50,161 nucleotides of DNA, from NCBI GenBank assembly GCA_017161705.1, contig JADFCW010000007.1:1-50161 (forward strand), read 5' to 3'. The notes below the pieces were generated by a model. The model was not told the DNA's origin, searched no databases, and was given only the letters and a program-made list of their open reading frames with translations. Shown here piece by piece: positions 1 to 9,254 of the stretch; within the stretch, counting starts at the first letter, position 1, and each line of letters starts with the position of its first letter. The DNA comes from Candidatus Sumerlaeota bacterium. Its GTDB lineage: Bacteria; Sumerlaeota; Sumerlaeia; JADFCW01. Position numbers and translations under genes: made by a program.

Positions 1-512
1 CACAGGCAAATGGCGTTGAACATCGGAATGTTGCCGGCGGCCTCCTCGGCGGCTGCCGAGCGCAGCGACTCGAAAGCCTCGGCGCCCGCGAGCGCAAAAA
101 AGAGAACCGACAGCGCGATACTGGTCAGCGGGCCGGCCACCGCAATCAGGAATTCGTGCAACGGCTTCTCCGACTCGCGATGAATCTGCGCCACACCCCC
201 GAAGATAAACAGAGTGATCGAGGTAACCGGAATGCCGAAAAACCGCGCCACCAAGCTGTGGCCCATTTCATGCAACACGACGCACAGAAAAAACACCGCA
301 CTGGTCACCACGCCGGCAAACCATCGTTCATTCGATGCCCATTCCGGATGATCCTCCGCAAACTGGGCCGAAATCGTCATTGTGATCAGCGCAAAAATCA
401 CCAGCCAGCTGAGGTCCACGTACACCGGAATGCCGAAAAACTTCCCGAGGGCAAACGCGCCCGGCCGGCGCCGGATCGCCCGGGCAGATGAATGGCCGCT
501 CCCTGGATTCAT
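1..512 (-). CDS. Site-2 protease (peptidase M50) family zinc metalloprotease, 3'-truncated by window edge
   Basis: Manual minus-strand translation from ATG at 512 (SD-like AGGAG upstream): MNPGSG...GIPVYVDLSWLVIFAL...VVLHEMGHSLVARFFGIPVTSITLFIFGGVAQ...EFLIAVAGP. Contains the HExxH and AGP motifs; absent from the ORF track because it has no stop in the window. Confidence 0.9.
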   Translation of the reverse strand, partial: MNPGSGHSSARAIRRRPGAFALGKFFGIPVYVDLSWLVIFALITMTISAQFAEDHPEWASNERWFAGVVTSAVFFLCVVLHEMGHSLVARFFGIPVTSITLFIFGGVAQIHRESEKPLHEFLIAVAGPLTSIALSVLFFALAGAEAFESLRSAAAEEAAGNIPMFNAICL

Positions 513-561
513 CGAAAAACGATCTCCTATCTCTTCCCTCTCGCTGCCTGTGTGCGCGCCC

Positions 562-1473
562 CTACTCGTCCGCCTTCAACATCTTGCAGAGCAAATGATG
601 CAGCGAGGGAATGCTGACGCGGTGATCCACGAGAAAATTATATCCCGCTCCGCCTAGCGACACCGGCCGCAGGACAATGTTCTTCGCCGGCCGATAGTAA
701 TAGTGATTGATCCCCGGCCGCACGTCGAAATTCGCTGTCGTGATCGGATGAACGGGAAAGCCCAGATTGCGCGCGATGCTCAGGGCTTTGAGAAACACTT
801 CGGGGCCGATCACCGCCGATCCGAAATTCAGAAAGCAGCCATGGGCCAGGTGCGCGATGCTCTCGGTGTAAATCTTGAAATCGTGGAATGTAGCCCGGCC
901 CGTCGCCGCCCCGTCGCACAGCGGATGCTGATGGATGATGTCTGTTCCGATGGCCACGTGCACGGTTGCGGGAATTTTCAACTGAAAGGCGGCGGCCAGA
1001 AGACTGTAGTCCATGAATGGCAATTTCTCGCGGACGATGAGCCGGCCGATGGCCCGGCCAAAACCCTCCCGCGACCGGTTGATCGCGCGGTTCATCATCG
1101 CCCCCGTCTCCTCCCACATCCCGAACGTACCGTCTTCGATGTTCTTGGCCACGCTTTCGGCGGTCGCACCCTGCAACGCTATCTCGAAATCGTGGATCGC
1201 GCTTGCCCCGTTCATGGCCAGATGCGTTATGACCCCGCGCCGCATCAGATCAATGAGCAGAAGCGACTGGCCCGTTTTGACGACGTGCGCGCCGATCTGC
1301 ACGACAACCCCTTTTTTGTTGCGCGCAGCCTCGGCCACGCGCGCTGCCAGCTGTCGAAATTTGCGATTCGGCCAAGGCTTGAACTTCTTCGTATCGCGGA
1401 TAAAATCCGTGTGAAAGTGCAGATTCTGGCGCTGCGCCAGCGGAAAAGTGCGAATCTTGCTGAAATCGAGCAT
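562..1473 (-). CDS. Deoxyhypusine-synthase-like hypothetical protein (GSU2086-like family)
   Basis: Motifs GAHVVKTG, AMNGASAIHDFE, GTFGMWEETG, HVAIGTDIIHQHP, NFGSAVIGPEVFLKAL. Start trimmed to ATG 1473 because the upstream ORF extension runs through a REP element. Confidence 0.7.
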   Translation of the reverse strand: MLDFSKIRTFPLAQRQNLHFHTDFIRDTKKFKPWPNRKFRQLAARVAEAARNKKGVVVQIGAHVVKTGQSLLLIDLMRRGVITHLAMNGASAIHDFEIALQGATAESVAKNIEDGTFGMWEETGAMMNRAINRSREGFGRAIGRLIVREKLPFMDYSLLAAAFQLKIPATVHVAIGTDIIHQHPLCDGAATGRATFHDFKIYTESIAHLAHGCFLNFGSAVIGPEVFLKALSIARNLGFPVHPITTANFDVRPGINHYYYRPAKNIVLRPVSLGGAGYNFLVDHRVSIPSLHHLLCKMLKADE

Positions 1474-1562
1474 GACGGAACTCCGAAAAGACCACCGTTC
1501 ATTACAACACCATCTTATGGTTGAAAGTCGGACAGACAAAGTCAAAAGAAGTTTTTCCCGCC

Positions 1563-1770
1563 AGCAGGAATGCAAAGCGCCAGCGTGGCTGCCGCCTCCC
1601 AAAAGTTTTGCCCTGATTCTGCAAAGCCTCGCTTCGGACGACGGCAGCCGTGCTGCCGCTTTGGCCCGACAAGTTTTGATGCACCGACCTTGGCCCTTGC
1701 CTGCCAACCAAACAGGCAATGCTCCATAACGATCCATGCACTTTGGCTAAATCGTTAAGCCAGAGAATCT
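1563..1770. repeat. REP-doublet (REPIN-like) element, copy 1 (degenerate)
   Basis: AAAGCGCCAGCGTGGCTGCCGCCTCCCAA ... TTCGGACGACGGCAGCCGTGCTGCCGCTTT, with extended similarity to 4923-5152. Confidence 0.8.
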
Positions 1771-1865
1771 ACGCCGCGTCCGGGACTTCGCCTCAAAGCG
1801 GAGGCGCGCCGACGTTTCCACGCTCTACAGCGAACGGAAGCATGCACTACGTGCAGTCCAAATGC

Positions 1866-3572
1866 CTACTCAGGCGCTGTTGATGCCTTGTTATCCTTGC
1901 GGCCTTTGGAAACCTCGCCATCCGACAAATCCTTCTCCACCTTCGGGTCGGCGGCAGCCCCGAGATCGCGCGCGCGGCCGTAAGCTCTGCGCGCCTGCTC
2001 GACCCTCGGCGGCTCGACTGCCAGATTCAGCCGCGCCAGCTCCATTTGCACCTCGCCGTCGTCCACATCCCATGCGGCCACCTCGTCCAACAGCGCCCGC
2101 GCCTCGTCCGATTTGCCCATTTCCATCAGCAGCGAAGCCAGAAACAGCCGCAGCATCGGACGCCCCGGCCGCAACTCCACCGCCTTGCGGCAGGCCTCCA
2201 CGGCCATAGCGTCCTCGCCCGATTCGGCCAGCACCCGCGCAAGGTTCGCATACGCCCAGCACCGGCGCTCCGCGTCCGGCAGCAACCGCGCCGCCTTGTA
2301 AAACGCCCGCACGGCCATCGTCGGGTTGCCCGCCTTCCGATACGCATTCCCCAGATTGAAGTAGCTCCGCCCGCACTCCGGATGATAGCGGACTGATGCC
2401 GCCCAAAGGCTCGCTTCCGTTTTCCACATGGACGCATACATCGAGCCGAGCGCGAAAAAGGCAACCACGATCGCCCCTGTCACCGCCTGCGACGCTGGAA
2501 AACGGTTCCAATAGCGCGACGCCGCGAGTCCGACCAGCGCCGCCATGCCCGCCGACGGCACGTAAGCAAACCGGTCGCTCAACTCGATCGCCTTGAATAA
2601 ATTCACCCAAAGCGTCGGGGCAAGAAACACTGCCAGCCACGCTGCAGCGTCGGCCGCATGACGCCGCGGTCGCGCAACCGCCAGCAGAACCGCCAGCAGC
2701 CCCACAGCCGCCGCATCCACCCATACCCGGCGCGTCAAGACATCGGCCCCCAGCGTCGGAATGACTGGAAAACTTTGCTGAGCCGCGTAGAGAAACAGCA
2801 GCCTTGCCAGACGTTCGACGAAGCCCCCTTCCACCGGCATCATTCCCTTTGCGCCGGCCATCGGAAAGCAGACTAAGCGAAACACCAGATAAATGGCCGC
2901 AAGCAAAGCCGTCGGCGCAAACAGCCGGACCAGATTCCGCACCCGATAGCGATGGATCAGCCCGTAGGCCAACAGAACGCCCGGCAGTGTCACCGCCAAC
3001 TCCTTGGAAACAAGCGCGGCCAGATACAACCCAGCCGCAGCCCCGAACCAAAACCATCGCTGCGGCGCCGGCGTGACAAACGTCCGCATCGTGGCCAGAA
3101 CCGTCAGCAGCAAAAACAGCCCGCAGAGCAAATCGCTCCGTCCGGCCACAAACGCCACGCTTTCGGCGTGAACCGGATGGACCGCGAAAACCGCCGCGGC
3201 CAGACCGCCCGTCCGCCGCCCCATCAGCCGCGCGATCACCGCAAACACCAGCACGCTGTTCACGCCATGCAACAAAACGTTGGTCAGATGATAATGCCAG
3301 GGATCGAGCCCCCCCACCGCATAGTTCAACCAAAAACTGAGAAAGACCAGCGGCCGATAGTAGCCGGCCGGCTGGCGCGTAATCTCCAGGCCGAAATCCC
3401 GCGTGAAACAGCGCCACCACACCCCGGCCGACTTCAGAAACTCGTTCTCCGCAATGACCGCCACATCGTCCCACACAAAGCCGTAGCCCGCCGTGTGCGC
3501 GAACACAGCGGCCCCCAGCAGAAAAATACCCGCCGCGGTCAGCCGATCCCGATAGCCGATTTGCGTTTCCAT
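1866..3572 (-). CDS. TMTC-like GT-C membrane glycosyltransferase with C-terminal TPR repeats
   Basis: GFVWDD, YYRPL, HPVHAESVAFVAGRSDLL, SKE and DRFAYVP motifs, many TM helices, then TPRs (YFNLGNAY, AYANLARVL). Confidence 0.8.
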   Translation of the reverse strand: METQIGYRDRLTAAGIFLLGAAVFAHTAGYGFVWDDVAVIAENEFLKSAGVWWRCFTRDFGLEITRQPAGYYRPLVFLSFWLNYAVGGLDPWHYHLTNVLLHGVNSVLVFAVIARLMGRRTGGLAAAVFAVHPVHAESVAFVAGRSDLLCGLFLLLTVLATMRTFVTPAPQRWFWFGAAAGLYLAALVSKELAVTLPGVLLAYGLIHRYRVRNLVRLFAPTALLAAIYLVFRLVCFPMAGAKGMMPVEGGFVERLARLLFLYAAQQSFPVIPTLGADVLTRRVWVDAAAVGLLAVLLAVARPRRHAADAAAWLAVFLAPTLWVNLFKAIELSDRFAYVPSAGMAALVGLAASRYWNRFPASQAVTGAIVVAFFALGSMYASMWKTEASLWAASVRYHPECGRSYFNLGNAYRKAGNPTMAVRAFYKAARLLPDAERRCWAYANLARVLAESGEDAMAVEACRKAVELRPGRPMLRLFLASLLMEMGKSDEARALLDEVAAWDVDDGEVQMELARLNLAVEPPRVEQARRAYGRARDLGAAADPKVEKDLSDGEVSKGRKDNKASTAPE

Positions 3573-3868
3573 CTCACGCGCACCGATGCCCTCGATCCCT
3601 CCGATGAAACCTCACGCAAAGCGACAACGCCGGCAAGCAAAAACCTCGACAATCCCGCACGTCCCGGATCCGCCAATAATCGCCGCGAGCAGAACCGCCA
3701 GGTCGCAACGGCTTCTTTTGCTTCCTCCGCTGACGTGGCGTTCTGGCGTAAGGCCCTTCTAAAATTTTAACGGACGAATCAAAAATTTCCGCAAAAAACA
3801 CTTGCCTAATCCGAACGGCCTGACGCACAAGAGATGTTCCATTTCTTGCTGGAGGGTGACTGACAACT

Positions 3869-4792
3869 GTGCGCAAGCGTGACCTCGTTTCCATCAATGA
3901 CCTCAGCCGCGACGACGTGCTCGAAATCTTTTACATCGCGCGCGACCTCAAATCGCGTCTGGCCAAGGGCGAACGACCGCGGCTTCTCGACGGCCGAGTC
4001 CTTGCCATGATCTTCGAAAAGCCATCCCTGCGCACCCGCGTCACCTTCGAGGTCGGCATCCACCAACTCGGCGGCCATGCCGTCACGCTGACCCAGGCCG
4101 AGATCGGCCTCGGCAAGCGCGAGTCGGTCCATGATGTGGCCAAAAACCTCGAACGCTGGGTCAACCTCGTCGCCATTCGCACCTTTGAGCAAAAGATCGT
4201 GGCCCAACTGGCCCTCCACGCCGCCATTCCCGTCATCAACGCTCTGACCGACAGCGAACACCCTTGTCAGGCCCTGGCCGACCTGTTCACGTTGACCGAA
4301 CATTTCCCCTCCATCCAGGGGCTGACGCTGGCCTATGTCGGCGACGGCAACAATATCTGTTCCTCGCTCCTGCTCCTGTGCCCTTTGCTCGGAGTGAATA
4401 TCAGCGTGGCCAGCCCCGCCGCCTACGCCCCGCCTCCCGCCATTCTCGCCCAGGCCCAACGCAATGCCGCACTGACCGGCGCCCGCGTAGCCCTTCTCCA
4501 AGACCCTGTCGCCGCTGTTCGCGACGCCAACGCCATTTACACCGATGTCTGGGCCAGCATGGGACAAGAGCACGAGGCCGCCGAACGCGCCCGCGTCTTC
4601 CGCCCCTATCAGGTCAACGGCGACCTGGTTGCCTCCGCGCCCAGGGGCGTCAAAATCATGCATGATTTACCCGCCCATCGCGGCGAGGAAATCACCGACG
4701 ATGTCATGGACAGCGAAAACGCCATCATCTTTGATCAGGCCGAAAACCGCCTGCATGTGCAAAAAGGAATTATGGTCTTTTTGATGAGCTGA
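3869..4792 (+). CDS. argF: Ornithine carbamoyltransferase
   Basis: KPSLRTRVTFE, HPCQALAD, GDGNN, DVWASMGQE and QAENRLH motifs; GTG start with GGAGG. Confidence 0.95.
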   Translation: MRKRDLVSINDLSRDDVLEIFYIARDLKSRLAKGERPRLLDGRVLAMIFEKPSLRTRVTFEVGIHQLGGHAVTLTQAEIGLGKRESVHDVAKNLERWVNLVAIRTFEQKIVAQLALHAAIPVINALTDSEHPCQALADLFTLTEHFPSIQGLTLAYVGDGNNICSSLLLLCPLLGVNISVASPAAYAPPPAILAQAQRNAALTGARVALLQDPVAAVRDANAIYTDVWASMGQEHEAAERARVFRPYQVNGDLVASAPRGVKIMHDLPAHRGEEITDDVMDSENAIIFDQAENRLHVQKGIMVFLMS

Positions 4793-4836
4793 CGCCTGAA
4801 ATAAAAACTGCGCGCTGCACACCCTAACAGCCAAAA

Positions 4837-4862
4837 GGATCTTGGCAAGATGGCCAAGGTCC
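4837..4862. terminator. Hairpin downstream of argF
   Basis: GGATCTTGGC-aagatg-GCCAAGGTCC, a 10-bp stem with one G-U and no clear U-tract. Confidence 0.4.
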
Positions 4863-4922
4863 CAAGCCCGAAGGATTCGAAGACGGCTCTAAAAGCCGGG
4901 GCAGTAGGTTCTCTTGCGATGA

Positions 4923-5152
4923 AGCAGGAATGCAAAGCGGCAACCCTCCTGCCGCACTCCAGAAGTTTTGCCCTGACCCTGCAAAGCGTTGCTTTGGACT
5001 GCGGCAGCCGTGCTGCCGCTTTTCCCCGGCAAGTTTCGACGCGCCAAACGTGGCCGGTAGCCTTAGCCAAACATGGCGGATAACCTTAGCCAAACATGGG
5101 ATGCTCCAAAAAGAGGCGCGCATTTTGACTCATTTTACGAACGAAAGAATCC
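4923..5152. repeat. REP-doublet element, copy 2, with an internal 23-bp-period tandem duplication
   Basis: AAAGCGGCAACCCTCCTGCCGCACTCCAG ... TTTGGACTGCGGCAGCCGTGCTGCCGCTTT; CCTTAGCCAAACATGG occurs at 5061 and 5084. Confidence 0.85.
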
Positions 5153-5282
5153 AATTCGACCTTCGGCGGCAACCAAAACGATCTTCGCAAAATGGCTGGA
5201 TCTCCAGCCGAAAGAGTCCAGACCATAAGGAGGCCGCAACCGGACAAACCAAGAAAAAATCCAACCGATCGGAATGAACCCC

Positions 5283-6524
5283 TTATCGTTCCAGCGGCAA
5301 AGCGCCGGCCGGTGCCAGTCGCAGCAATCGCCCGCGATCCAGCAGCTTCCCCCGCACAATAGTCTGCCGCACCGAAAAATCTTCGTTCAGCACCACAACG
5401 TCCGCGTCCTTGCCAGCTTCCAAACTTCCTTTGGTCTGACCCAATCCCGCGATAGTTGCCGGTGTCAGTGACGCCATCCGAACGGCCTCGTGCAGCGGCG
5501 CACCGACCATGGCCGCTGCATTTTTCACCATCCAGTTCAGCGGCGTCACCGAAGACGCAAACGCGCTCAGGTCCGTCAGCATTGCCACGCCGTCGCCGAC
5601 AATCGTCTCCGTCCCGTCGCGCGGACCGAACGTATAGCGCCCCCCCGGCGGCATCCCCGCCCCTCGCATCGCATCGCTCACCAGACACAACCGCTCGGCT
5701 CCCTTGCAGCGCCACGTGATCCGCATCAGCGCCGCAGGCAAGTGCTTGCCGTCGGCAATCATTTCGGTCGTCAGCCGGTCGTCCGCCAGCGTCGTCTCCA
5801 GCACACCCGGATGCCGCCACGGTCCCTTGCGCACCGTCGTGGACATCGCGCAGAAAATGTGCGTCACGTGCCGCACGCCCGCCTCGATCGCCGGCTGCAT
5901 TTCGTCATACGTCATGCTGCTGTGCCCCGCCGAAACGACAATTCCCGCCGACGCCAGCTCCCGGATAAAGTCCAGACACCCCTCCACCTCCGGTGAAAGC
6001 GTCACGCGCCGGATCACCCCCGCAAACTTCATCACCACCCGCCGCTCGGCCGGCAACGGCGGACGGCAATGCCGCTCCAAATGGCAGCCCTTCATCGCCG
6101 GATTGAGCCACGGGCCCTCCAGATGCGCGCCCAGCACCTGGCTGCCCCTTGTGCCGCCGGCAATCGCTTCGCGCGTCGTTTCGAGCATCCGCACAATCCG
6201 CTCGGTTTCCGCCGATGTCGAGGTGGCCAGCAGCGACGTCGTGCCATGCAGCGCATGAAACGCACACACCACGTCAAAATCCTCGATCGTACCGTCCATG
6301 AAATCAGCGTCCCACGCGCCGTGAATGTGAAGGTCCACAAACCCCGGCGACACAATCCCATCCGGATACTCCAGCACCTCCGCGTGCCCCGATTTCAACA
6401 GCGAGTTGAATACCGCATCCGCCGGACCGACCGACTCGATCCGCCCCGTCTGCGCGTCAATCACCACGGCGCCGTCCTCCAAAACGCCGTCCGGCAAAAC
6501 CACTTTTCCCCCGCGAACGATCAT
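5283..6524 (-). CDS. nagA: N-acetylglucosamine-6-phosphate deacetylase
   Basis: PGFVDLHIHG, HLEGPW, GHS, THIFCAM, IADGKH and VSDAM motifs; ATG at 6524 with GGAGG. Confidence 0.92.
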   Translation of the reverse strand: MIVRGGKVVLPDGVLEDGAVVIDAQTGRIESVGPADAVFNSLLKSGHAEVLEYPDGIVSPGFVDLHIHGAWDADFMDGTIEDFDVVCAFHALHGTTSLLATSTSAETERIVRMLETTREAIAGGTRGSQVLGAHLEGPWLNPAMKGCHLERHCRPPLPAERRVVMKFAGVIRRVTLSPEVEGCLDFIRELASAGIVVSAGHSSMTYDEMQPAIEAGVRHVTHIFCAMSTTVRKGPWRHPGVLETTLADDRLTTEMIADGKHLPAALMRITWRCKGAERLCLVSDAMRGAGMPPGGRYTFGPRDGTETIVGDGVAMLTDLSAFASSVTPLNWMVKNAAAMVGAPLHEAVRMASLTPATIAGLGQTKGSLEAGKDADVVVLNEDFSVRQTIVRGKLLDRGRLLRLAPAGALPLER

Positions 6525-6555
6525 TGCCGCCTCCCGCAAGCCTTTTGCAGATAGT

Positions 6556-6999
6556 TCACCGCGCTTGGTCCGTCCCTTCGACTCTTTGCCCGCCCTGTCT
6601 GCTGGGTCCGCCCCGCCTCGACTCCGCCTGCCTCGCCCGCAACTCATGCAACAACGCCGCCAGCCGCTGCGGATCAAACGGCTTGCTCAGAAAACCGTCC
6701 GCCGGCGTGCCCAGCCGCCAGAACGAATCCGGCAGGTCCGATCCCTTTGTCGTGGCCGTCACAATCACCACGATTGTCTCCGGCCGCTCGCTCTTGATCC
6801 GCTCGCAGACCGTCAGACCATCCATGCCCGGCATCACCAGATCCACCACCACAATGTCGGGATTGATGTCCGCCAACGACTCGAGGGCGTGGCGCCCGTC
6901 TGTCTCCACCGCCACGGCATACTGGTCGCCGAGGGCAAGGCTCATCATTTTACATACATCGGGATCGTCGTCCACAATCAACACCGTCGGCAACGGCAT
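6556..6999 (-). CDS. Single-domain response regulator (receiver domain)
   Basis: VLIVDDD...VVDLVMPGMDG...VTA...KPF; ATG at 6999 with AGGAGG. Confidence 0.9.
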   Translation of the reverse strand: MPLPTVLIVDDDPDVCKMMSLALGDQYAVAVETDGRHALESLADINPDIVVVDLVMPGMDGLTVCERIKSERPETIVVIVTATTKGSDLPDSFWRLGTPADGFLSKPFDPQRLAALLHELRARQAESRRGGPSRQGGQRVEGTDQAR

Positions 7000-7019
7000 G
7001 GCCTGCCTCCTGACGCCCG

Positions 7020-9254
7020 CTATGATTGCGCGGCGTCTGATTGTTTCAAGCGCGCAAACCGCGCCATAAACTCCATGCGCGGACCGTCCTCGAACTGCAC
7101 GTCCAGCATCTGATTGCCGCCGCTCCCGCGCACGCCGGCAATCACGCCCCGCCCCAGCGTCGGATGAACGATGGCCTGTCCGACCTCCCACTGTGTCCCG
7201 CGCGCGCCCGTATCCATCTTTCCGCCAACGCGTTTTGCCGCCGGCCTCCGCCGCTCTGTCGTCGCCTCCGCCGGCGCGCTCTTTCGCAACTCCTCGCGGA
7301 CGGCGCTTAGCGTTGTCCGGTTGACCGGCCGGCACAACTCCTGCGGCACTTCGCGCATAAATACCGAGGGCGGACTCCACGACACATCCCCGTGCATCCA
7401 CCGGTTCATCGCATTACTCAGGCACACCAACTCCTTCGCCCGTGTCAATCCCACGTAAAACAGCCGCCGTTCCTCCTCGATGTTGCCTTCCTTGACCGCC
7501 AGAACGTGCGGAAAGATATTCTTCTCCAGGGCAACCAGAAACACCACGCGAAACTCCAAACCCTTCGCGCAATGCAGCGTCATCAGCGACACGCTGTTAT
7601 CCTCCGCGTCATAGTCGTCCACGCTCGTCCGCAGCGCCGTATATTCCAGAAAGTCCGACAGCGCGGCCCCCGGCCGCTCGCGCTCGAACTGCGCCGCCGC
7701 GTTTTTCAACTCCTCGATGTTCTCGCGGCGCGCGATCACGTCCAGCGAATCCGGATCGCCCAGCGACTCGAGATAGCCGGTTTCCTTGATGACGGCTTCG
7801 AGGATGGCGGCAATCGAACTTTGTTGCGACCGCTGCGCCCAATCTTTTACCTGAGCGACAAAGTCGCTGATCTTACGGTCGGCTCCCTTGGTCAACGTCC
7901 CCGCACCCCGCAATTTCTCGATCGCCTCATAAAACGTCAAATTCTCCCGCAGGGTCAGCGCCAGAATCGCCGACACCGTCCTGTCGCCGATCCCCCGGCG
8001 CGGCGTGTTGATAATCCGCTGCAGCGCCATCGAGTCGTGCGGGTTGGCAATTACCCGCAGATAGGCCAGCAGGTCCTTGATCTCCTTCCGGTCGTAAAAC
8101 CGCACCGCCCCGACCACGCGATACGGAATGTTCGCCCCCCGCAGCCGTTCCTCGAACAGGCGGCTCAGCGCGTTGGTCCGATAGAACACCGCCATCTCGC
8201 GGTAAGGCACCAGACACTCGTCATGCAGCCACGCCATCAGGTTCACGATATGGTCGGCCTCGTCGCGGTCACTGTCGGCCTCGACCGTCAAGATAGGCGG
8301 CCCGCTTCGCCGCTCGGTCCATAGCGCTTTCCCCAGCCGCTGCCGATTGCGCCCAATCACCCGGCTGGCCGCGTCCAGAATCACCTGCGTCGAGCGATAG
8401 TTTTGCTCGAGGCGAATCAACTTGGCGTCCGGAAACTGGGCCTGAAAATCGAGAAGATTTCCGAGGTTCGCACCGCGCCAACTGTAAATGCTCTGATCCT
8501 CGTCGCCCACCACGCACAGGTTGCGATACTTGCGCGCCAGCGCGCTCACCAGCCGGTACTGCACGTGGTTGGTGTCCTGATACTCGTCCACCATGAGATA
8601 GCGGTAATGGTCCTGATACCGTTCGAGCGTTGCGGGATCGGTTTCAAACAACCGAACCACCTCGGCGATCAGGTCGCCAAAATCCAGAGCGTTGTTCCGG
8701 CGCAGCATCTGCTGATACGCCTCGTAAATCTCCGCATACAGCGCGGCGCGGCGCGCGTCGCCCTTTCGCTGCCGAATCGCCTCCGGCCCCTCCAAACGCA
8801 TTTTGGCCTGGTCAATTTCCCAGCGCGCTTGACTCGGCGTGACGATACCGTGCTTGGGGTCGAGACCCAGACCTCGGAACACCTCCTTCAGCACCGACAT
8901 CTGGTCGTCCTCGTCGCAGATCGTAAAATCGCGCGCAATCCCCACGCGGTCGGCCTCGCGGCGCAACACACTGGCGCACCATGAATGGAACGTGCTGATG
9001 GCAAAGGGCATCGCGCGGTCGCCCGCCAGAAGCTGACGCACCCGCTCGCGCATTTCATCGGCTGCCTTGTTGGTGAACGTCGCCGCAAAAATCTGTCCGG
9101 GCGAAATCCCGCACTCCCGGACCAGATAGGCCACGCGATAGGTAATAACCCGCGTCTTTCCGCTGCCCGCCCCCGCGATAATCAGCAGCGGCCCCTCGGT
9201 CGTTGTCACCGCCTCGCGCTGCCGCGCATTGAGATGATCCAACAATCCGTCCAT
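7020..9254 (-). CDS. pcrA: UvrD/PcrA superfamily 1 DNA helicase
   Basis: AGAGSGKT, TFTNKAA, VDEYQDTN, VGDEDQSIYSWRGA, LEQNYRS, MTLHCAKGLEF and EERRLFYV motifs, plus a C-terminal Tudor-like domain. Confidence 0.95.
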   Translation of the reverse strand: MDGLLDHLNARQREAVTTTEGPLLIIAGAGSGKTRVITYRVAYLVRECGISPGQIFAATFTNKAADEMRERVRQLLAGDRAMPFAISTFHSWCASVLRREADRVGIARDFTICDEDDQMSVLKEVFRGLGLDPKHGIVTPSQARWEIDQAKMRLEGPEAIRQRKGDARRAALYAEIYEAYQQMLRRNNALDFGDLIAEVVRLFETDPATLERYQDHYRYLMVDEYQDTNHVQYRLVSALARKYRNLCVVGDEDQSIYSWRGANLGNLLDFQAQFPDAKLIRLEQNYRSTQVILDAASRVIGRNRQRLGKALWTERRSGPPILTVEADSDRDEADHIVNLMAWLHDECLVPYREMAVFYRTNALSRLFEERLRGANIPYRVVGAVRFYDRKEIKDLLAYLRVIANPHDSMALQRIINTPRRGIGDRTVSAILALTLRENLTFYEAIEKLRGAGTLTKGADRKISDFVAQVKDWAQRSQQSSIAAILEAVIKETGYLESLGDPDSLDVIARRENIEELKNAAAQFERERPGAALSDFLEYTALRTSVDDYDAEDNSVSLMTLHCAKGLEFRVVFLVALEKNIFPHVLAVKEGNIEEERRLFYVGLTRAKELVCLSNAMNRWMHGDVSWSPPSVFMREVPQELCRPVNRTTLSAVREELRKSAPAEATTERRRPAAKRVGGKMDTGARGTQWEVGQAIVHPTLGRGVIAGVRGSGGNQMLDVQFEDGPRMEFMARFARLKQSDAAQS

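Noticed and set aside
1474-1737. 87-aa N-terminal extension of the 562-1737 ORF, and short ORFs at 4735-5123 and 40154-40642
   Set aside because: They translate REP palindromes (LECGRRVAAL, KAAARLPQSK-type peptides) and are not credible proteins.
3869-4792. Putrescine carbamoyltransferase instead of ArgF
   Set aside because: The DVWASMG loop is the ornithine-type signature.
6525-6677. Upstream extensions of nagA, and likewise of rpoA, rpsE, rpmC, infA, iorB and the receiver protein in the ORF track
   Set aside because: They overlap neighbouring genes or spacers; downstream starts match family N-termini and mostly have SD sequences.
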